NCBI GenBank assembly: GCA_023396095.1 | Contig: JAEWXG010000012.1 | Coordinates: 19,942 to 83,941 of the forward strand | DNA from: Bacillota bacterium | Lineage (GTDB): Bacteria > Bacillota > Clostridia > Christensenellales > UBA3700 | Length of the DNA: 64,000 nt | Direction: 5' to 3' | Part shown: positions 57,756-64,000 of the stretch, in pieces | Layout of the letters: each line of letters starts with the position of its first letter | Numbering within the stretch: the stretch's first letter is position 1 | Position numbers and translations under genes: made by a program | The notes under the pieces: generated by a model | The model's database searches: none | Told to the model about the DNA's origin: nothing | The model's input: only the letters and a program-made list of their open reading frames with translations

Positions 57756-58757
57756 TTAATTTACCATAATAAAACACACGGCTAACTGTAGAGCCGTTGA
57801 AGCATTAATTTTCCCTTGATGTAATGAAAACATTATTTGATCTAATTTTTCAACTATCGTTTTTAATTGCAAAGGCTTATAGTTTTTAGACGCAACTCTA
57901 GCCAATTTTACAGGATATTCATGAACTGATAACTTCTTGGCTATATCACTATTTGTTTCTGAAGATAAAGATACATCAAACATTAAATGGTATTGATTGC
58001 AAATTTGTGAAAAGAAACTATCTTCCTTAACTCCTCTCCTTAAACATCTAGACAATATTCTAAATGCATCATTATTATCTTTTTTGGACAGAGCATTTGC
58101 AATATCATAAATCTCATTTTCTAGAACATCAATTGAGATTAAATCAATATCATCGTTAGTAATATCCTTATATCCTAAATCATACAAAAAAATTTTCTCT
58201 AATTCTGTTACGGCGACTTTTAAATTTTTGTTGGTCTTTGCAAACAAATATGATGCAGTTGCATTGTTTAATCTATATCCATTTTCTTGAGCATAATTAA
58301 CTAAATATAATATATAATCATTTGCACTTTGATATGGAGAAATATCTATTTTGTTGACATAATTATAAATTGGTTTAAAGGTTCCATTAGTATCAAAAAT
58401 GATAACATATGTATCATCAGTTTTAATATTAACAAGAATATTTAATTTTTCTAAAAATTCTTTTTTCGAATCTTGTGAAAATTCTCTAACAAAAATAATT
58501 TTATTCCCTTCGAATAATGACGGCGTTGAAAACTCTTCAATAACATCATCAATTGTACTATCTTTTTCAAAAACAAATTTAGTTGAGAATATGGCATTGC
58601 TTTCAGCTAAAGAGTTAAAAAATTCTAAAGTTTTAGCATAAAATAACTCCTCATATTCATTGTTTGAGGTCGAAAAATTAGCTGCAATAAAAACATTACA
58701 ACTAATATTTTTCAAATCAATGGTTTGCAATTGTGATGGTCTAATTTCTAATAACAT
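57756..58757 (-). CDS. holA: DNA polymerase III delta subunit (HolA), probable
   Basis: 333 aa. Length and C-terminal helical pattern (LDQIMFSLHQGKINASTALQLAV) resemble HolA. Low sequence conservation limits certainty. Confidence 0.55.
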   Translation of the reverse strand: MLLEIRPSQLQTIDLKNISCNVFIAANFSTSNNEYEELFYAKTLEFFNSLAESNAIFSTKFVFEKDSTIDDVIEEFSTPSLFEGNKIIFVREFSQDSKKEFLEKLNILVNIKTDDTYVIIFDTNGTFKPIYNYVNKIDISPYQSANDYILYLVNYAQENGYRLNNATASYLFAKTNKNLKVAVTELEKIFLYDLGYKDITNDDIDLISIDVLENEIYDIANALSKKDNNDAFRILSRCLRRGVKEDSFFSQICNQYHLMFDVSLSSETNSDIAKKLSVHEYPVKLARVASKNYKPLQLKTIVEKLDQIMFSLHQGKINASTALQLAVCFIMVN

Positions 58758-59290
58758 TACTTAACTTTAAATTTTAGTTTATATTGTTCAATATTATCTC
58801 TTATAACATTTTCTGCATCTGTTCTATCGTGAATTTCAAGAACTTGCATTTCCTTACCTTCTAATTCTTTATAAACCTTAAAGAAGTGTCTCATTTCATT
58901 TACAATATGTTGTGGTAATTCATCTACATCTTGATATATATTCCAGTTAGGATCTTTAAATGGTATCGCAAGAATTTTTATATCAACTTTCCCCTGATCC
59001 GTCATTGCAATATAGCCGATTGGATAACATCTAACTAAAGCCATAGGAACTATTGGCTCAGAACATAAAACAAGAACATCTAATGGGTCGTTGTCATCTG
59101 CATAAGTTCTTGGTATAAATCCATAATTGGCAGGGTAATGTGTCGAAGTATATAAAATTCTATCTAATCTTAGTATTCCTGTCTCTTTATCTAACTCATA
59201 TTTATTTTTTGAATATTTTGAAATCTCTATTACTGCTTCAAAATCTCTCGGCTTAATTCTTTCCGGTCTTATATCATGCCATATATTCAT
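58757..59290 (-). CDS. ppa: Inorganic pyrophosphatase, family I
   Basis: 177 aa. KYELDKETG...LDRILYTSTHYPANYGFIP.T..DDNDPLDVLVL is typical of family I PPases. Confidence 0.92.
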   Translation of the reverse strand: MNIWHDIRPERIKPRDFEAVIEISKYSKNKYELDKETGILRLDRILYTSTHYPANYGFIPRTYADDNDPLDVLVLCSEPIVPMALVRCYPIGYIAMTDQGKVDIKILAIPFKDPNWNIYQDVDELPQHIVNEMRHFFKVYKELEGKEMQVLEIHDRTDAENVIRDNIEQYKLKFKVK

Positions 59291-59511
59291 GTTGCACCTC
59301 TCATCTATATTATTATAATCACTTTCATCTTATTTTTCTACATATAAAATCACCTCGTTTTTAAAATTAGGGCTCATAAATTTTTTTATTGCAAAATTGC
59401 ATATTAAAAGCACTTATGTTATACTTCAAGATATAAATATTGATGCTATTATATAGCAAAAATATTAAAATTATAGGACACTCAAGTTAGTGAGGTCCTG
59501 AGGAGTTATTT

Positions 59512-59706
59512 ATGGATATTGTTTTATTAATTTTATGTATTTTACCTTTCGGTTTTGACAAATTGTACAAGAAGGATACATTGATGTTTGTTTGCAAGTT
59601 GATTTCTTCTTTCTTTATTGTTGGTTTCATTTGGTGGATTTACGATATTGTTATGTGTGTTTTGAAAAAATATGAGGTTAGACCTTGGCCATTTAAGAAG
59701 AACTAG
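59512..59706 (+). CDS. Small two-TM membrane protein (TM2-domain-like)
   Basis: 64 aa. SD GAGGAG 8 nt upstream. Two hydrophobic helices with a W-rich second helix (GFIWWIYD). Confidence 0.45.
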   Translation: MDIVLLILCILPFGFDKLYKKDTLMFVCKLISSFFIVGFIWWIYDIVMCVLKKYEVRPWPFKKN

Positions 59707-59742
59707 TTAACTAGTTGTTGTAAAAATTAGAAATAACTTTAA

Positions 59743-59772
59743 AATTGGGGACTCAAAACACCCAATTTTTTT
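59743..59772 (+). terminator. Rho-independent terminator after the small membrane-protein gene
   Basis: AATTGGG-11 nt-CCCAATT stem followed by a T-run. Confidence 0.6.
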
Positions 59773-59869
59773 ATTAAATGCTTTCTGCTTTTGCAACTTA
59801 TAAACTAATTTCATTTAAATGATTTTGCATTCCTTGTAAAATTATGATAGCATTAACTCGTAACATTTT

Positions 59870-59956
59870 GCCGGAGTGGTGAAACTGGCAGACGCGCCAG
59901 ACTCAAAATCTGGTTGGGGAGACTCAGTGTCGGTTCGAGTCCGACCTTCGGCACCA
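59870..59956 (+). tRNA. tRNA-Leu (anticodon CAA), long variable arm
   Basis: 87 nt. Acceptor stem GCCGGAG/CTTCGGC (one G-U pair), anticodon loop CTCAAAA, GGTTCGAGTCC T-arm, encoded CCA. Confidence 0.9.
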
Positions 59957-59965
59957 ATACAAACA

Positions 59966-60013
59966 AATTGCACAAAATGGCTAAAAAACTCTATAGATTG
60001 TGCAATTTTTTAT
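59966..60013 (+). terminator. Terminator after tRNA-Leu(CAA)
   Basis: Perfect 11-bp inverted repeat AAATTGCACAA...TTGTGCAATTT (22-nt loop) followed by a T-run. Confidence 0.6.
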
Positions 60014-60061
60014 TGTCTAATTGACAAAACCAACTCATTTAAAACTCATCTACCCTCTTAA

Positions 60062-60090
60062 TTGCATCTTCTTGATTTTAAAGGTATATT
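60062..60090 (+). promoter_or_regulatory. groESL promoter (TTGCAT-17-TATATT)
   Basis: -35 at 60062..60067 and -10 at 60085..60090. No CIRCE inverted repeat in the ~70-nt leader. Confidence 0.55.
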
Positions 60091-60165
60091 AGATATACAA
60101 TATAACAGTGTGATTACGTTATAGTAATTGCTATAAAATAATAAAAATTTATACTAGAGGTGGCT

Positions 60166-62084
<1,919 letters not shown>

Positions 62085-62101
62085 TTCTAAAATTAATAAA
62101 T

Positions 62102-62137
62102 AAAAAAATCCAACACGTTCGATGTTGGATTTTTTTA
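62102..62137. terminator. Bidirectional terminator between convergent groEL and pncB
   Basis: TCCAACA-7 nt-TGTTGGA stem flanked by A7 and T7 runs. Confidence 0.8.
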
Positions 62138-62156
62138 TGTTAAAAAATTCAAAATG

Positions 62157-63611
62157 TTATTCGTTGATTTTATTCTTCTTCTGCATAATAATTTCTTGTT
62201 TTAAATCATACAATGCTTGCGATAAATCTACCTTATATGTATTAGGATTTAAATCTCTTCTATATTCTTCCCAAATTTCATTAATACTCTTTTTAACCGT
62301 GCTTTGAATTTCCTCAATACTTGGAATATTATAAACACATTTGCCATCAATAAAAATGTCTTGCATCAACTCTTCAACATGAAAATTTTTAATCTTCTTC
62401 CTTTTCCAAGTGAAAACTGGATCAAAAATTTCAATTTCATCAATATTAGAAAAATCTTCACTCTTCAGTGCAATTAAATCAGCTAAAGCCTTATCATTTT
62501 TATTATCAAAAAATCTAACAACTTTTTTAAGCCCTGGATTTGTGACTTTTTCTGTAGTATCAGAAAACTTCATTCTAGGCTCCATTTCCCCCTTATCATT
62601 TTCGATGCCTGCCAATTTATATACCCCTCCTAAACTTGGACATCCATCACTTGTAATTAATTTAGTACCTATACCATAAGCGTCAATTTTAGCATTTTGC
62701 GCATTTAATGCTCGTAAAATATTCTCATCTATATCACTACTTGCAAAAATTTTTACTTCATTATGCCCTGCACTATCTAACATCTCCCTTACTCTTTTCG
62801 ATAAGTAGGCTAAATCGCCTGAATCCAATCTTACCCCAACCGGTTTATATCCTTTAGCCTTTAATTCATCAAAAACTATAATTGCATTAGGAACACCACT
62901 CTTTAATGTATCGTATGTATCAACTAATAGTAGGCATTCATTAGGAAAAGTTTTTGCATATTCTCTAAAAGCAGTTAACTCATCTGGGAAACTCATTACA
63001 AAACTATGTGAATGTGTTCCTGAAATAGGAATATTAAACATTTTACCAGCTAATACATTTGAGGTGCTGCTACAACCAGCTATTACTGCCGCTCTAGCAC
63101 CGTATAAAGCTGCATCAGGCCCTTGTGCTCGTCTTAACCCAAACTCGGCCACTGGTTTACCTTGAGCATTTTCCATAATCTTCATTGTCTTAGTCGCAAT
63201 TAATGTTTGATGGTTTAAAATACATAAAATAGCAGTTTCAATTAATTGTGCTTGAAATAAAGGAGCTTCCACTATTAATATTGGTTCGTAAGGAAAAACG
63301 ATTTTTCCTTCTGGCACAGCATACATATTTCCTGTAAACTTAAATTTCTTTAACTCTTTAAAAAAGTCTTCATCAAATTTATTTAAGCTACGCAAGTATT
63401 CAATATCATCATCCGTAAATTTAAGATTTTCTATATAATCAATAACTTGCTCCAATCCACACACTAAAGCATAGCTATTCCCTACACCACGGTAAAATAA
63501 ATCAAAAATTGCCTTTCTGTTTTTGCATTCGTTCTTACTATAGTTATACATCATCGTTAACTGATATAAATCTGTTAATAGTGTTAAGTTACTTCTCACC
63601 TTCCCCTCCAA
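62157..63611 (-). CDS. pncB: Nicotinate phosphoribosyltransferase
   Basis: 484 aa. N-terminal LLTDLYQLTMMY, the FGLRRAQG motif and GTHSHSFV are typical of PncB. Confidence 0.9.
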   Translation of the reverse strand: MEGKVRSNLTLLTDLYQLTMMYNYSKNECKNRKAIFDLFYRGVGNSYALVCGLEQVIDYIENLKFTDDDIEYLRSLNKFDEDFFKELKKFKFTGNMYAVPEGKIVFPYEPILIVEAPLFQAQLIETAILCILNHQTLIATKTMKIMENAQGKPVAEFGLRRAQGPDAALYGARAAVIAGCSSTSNVLAGKMFNIPISGTHSHSFVMSFPDELTAFREYAKTFPNECLLLVDTYDTLKSGVPNAIIVFDELKAKGYKPVGVRLDSGDLAYLSKRVREMLDSAGHNEVKIFASSDIDENILRALNAQNAKIDAYGIGTKLITSDGCPSLGGVYKLAGIENDKGEMEPRMKFSDTTEKVTNPGLKKVVRFFDNKNDKALADLIALKSEDFSNIDEIEIFDPVFTWKRKKIKNFHVEELMQDIFIDGKCVYNIPSIEEIQSTVKKSINEIWEEYRRDLNPNTYKVDLSQALYDLKQEIIMQKKNKINE

Positions 63612-63624
63612 TACTATAACAAGC

Positions 63625-64000
63625 TTAATTGTTGTTTTGATAACTATCTATATTTTTGTTTAATTCAAAATGTAACATTTTCATTTTAACAGTTTCTAAT
63701 TTTATATATCTAGTAATTAACAATGCCAAAACAAGCAACATAAGCGGAGATATTATTAATGATGCTACTTGGATAACTCCAAATCCATTAATTTCATATT
63801 TTTCTTCTTTTAAAAATTCTAACATGCCTCTCAAAAATGGATACCACGATAAATAGAGCATTGATATTGTTCCAACCGGTACTTTATCTGAATTGTATGT
63901 ATTCATCGCTGCAACTAAATCATCATATCTACCAATTTTTTCATAATTACCCTTAACAAAATTTGGAATCTTTTTAATTATTAAAACTAGAATTAGAACT
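63625..64000 (-). CDS. Membrane protein of unknown function; N-terminus outside the window
   Basis: The frame of the 93-aa track ORF stays open upstream to the window edge by manual translation (...VLILVLIIKKIPNFVKGNYEKIGRYDDLVAAMNTYNSD...). Hydrophobic segments are present. The stop lies 13 nt from the pncB start. Confidence 0.5.
   Translation of the reverse strand, partial: VLILVLIIKKIPNFVKGNYEKIGRYDDLVAAMNTYNSDKVPVGTISMLYLSWYPFLRGMLEFLKEEKYEINGFGVIQVASLIISPLMLLVLALLITRYIKLETVKMKMLHFELNKNIDSYQNNN

Noticed and set aside
59701-59716. Perfect 16-bp palindrome AACTAGTTAACTAGTT overlapping the stop codon of the small membrane-protein gene.
   Set aside because: It is a tandem duplication of a self-complementary 8-mer with no loop, so it is not a terminator. 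It is not positioned at any promoter, and there is no second copy in the window. It is probably fortuitous.
59876-60061. 61-aa track ORF on the plus strand.
   Set aside because: It starts inside tRNA-Leu(CAA) and runs through that tRNA's terminator. It has no SD.

Overview
Very AT-rich chromosomal segment (by eye about 30% GC, not computed). Gene content and order suggest a low-GC Gram-positive (Bacillota-like) bacterium: yceD-rpmF-plsX-rnc-smc-ftsY, pta-ackA, whiA-dnaE, cdaA, tmcAL, groESL. I call about 60 protein genes, most of them tightly packed on the minus strand, and 10 tRNAs (a 9-gene array plus a lone tRNA-Leu). I also call several near-consensus sigma-A promoters and several hairpin terminators. 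I saw no rRNA, CRISPR array, transposase, integrase or phage genes, so this is core housekeeping sequence rather than an accessory island. The supplied ORF track misses an edge-truncated dnaG at 1..1380 (minus strand), found by manual translation. It also over-extends several N-termini (lysC, adh, groES, rdgB, the DUF2156 gene). The most interesting item is a clear homologue of the trp RNA-binding attenuation protein TRAP (MtrB). It sits between dnaE and pfkA, is translationally coupled to an ATP-PFK/PPi-PFK/degV/mscL operon, has no trp genes nearby, and follows a leader rich in GAG/UAG triplets. Secondary leads: an RHH-domain gene co-transcribed with clpB, while groESL lacks a CIRCE element; a cdaA-DUF1015-lysC operon without cdaR/glmM; and an overlapping DUF2156/GNAT gene pair. 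Others are a COG0523 GTPase next to a Zn-dependent ADH, a marR leader with a hairpin between the SD and the AUG, a 25-codon ORF with a strong SD, and plsX overlapping rnc with no acpP between them. All functional calls rest on motif and similarity recognition by eye; no database search was run.
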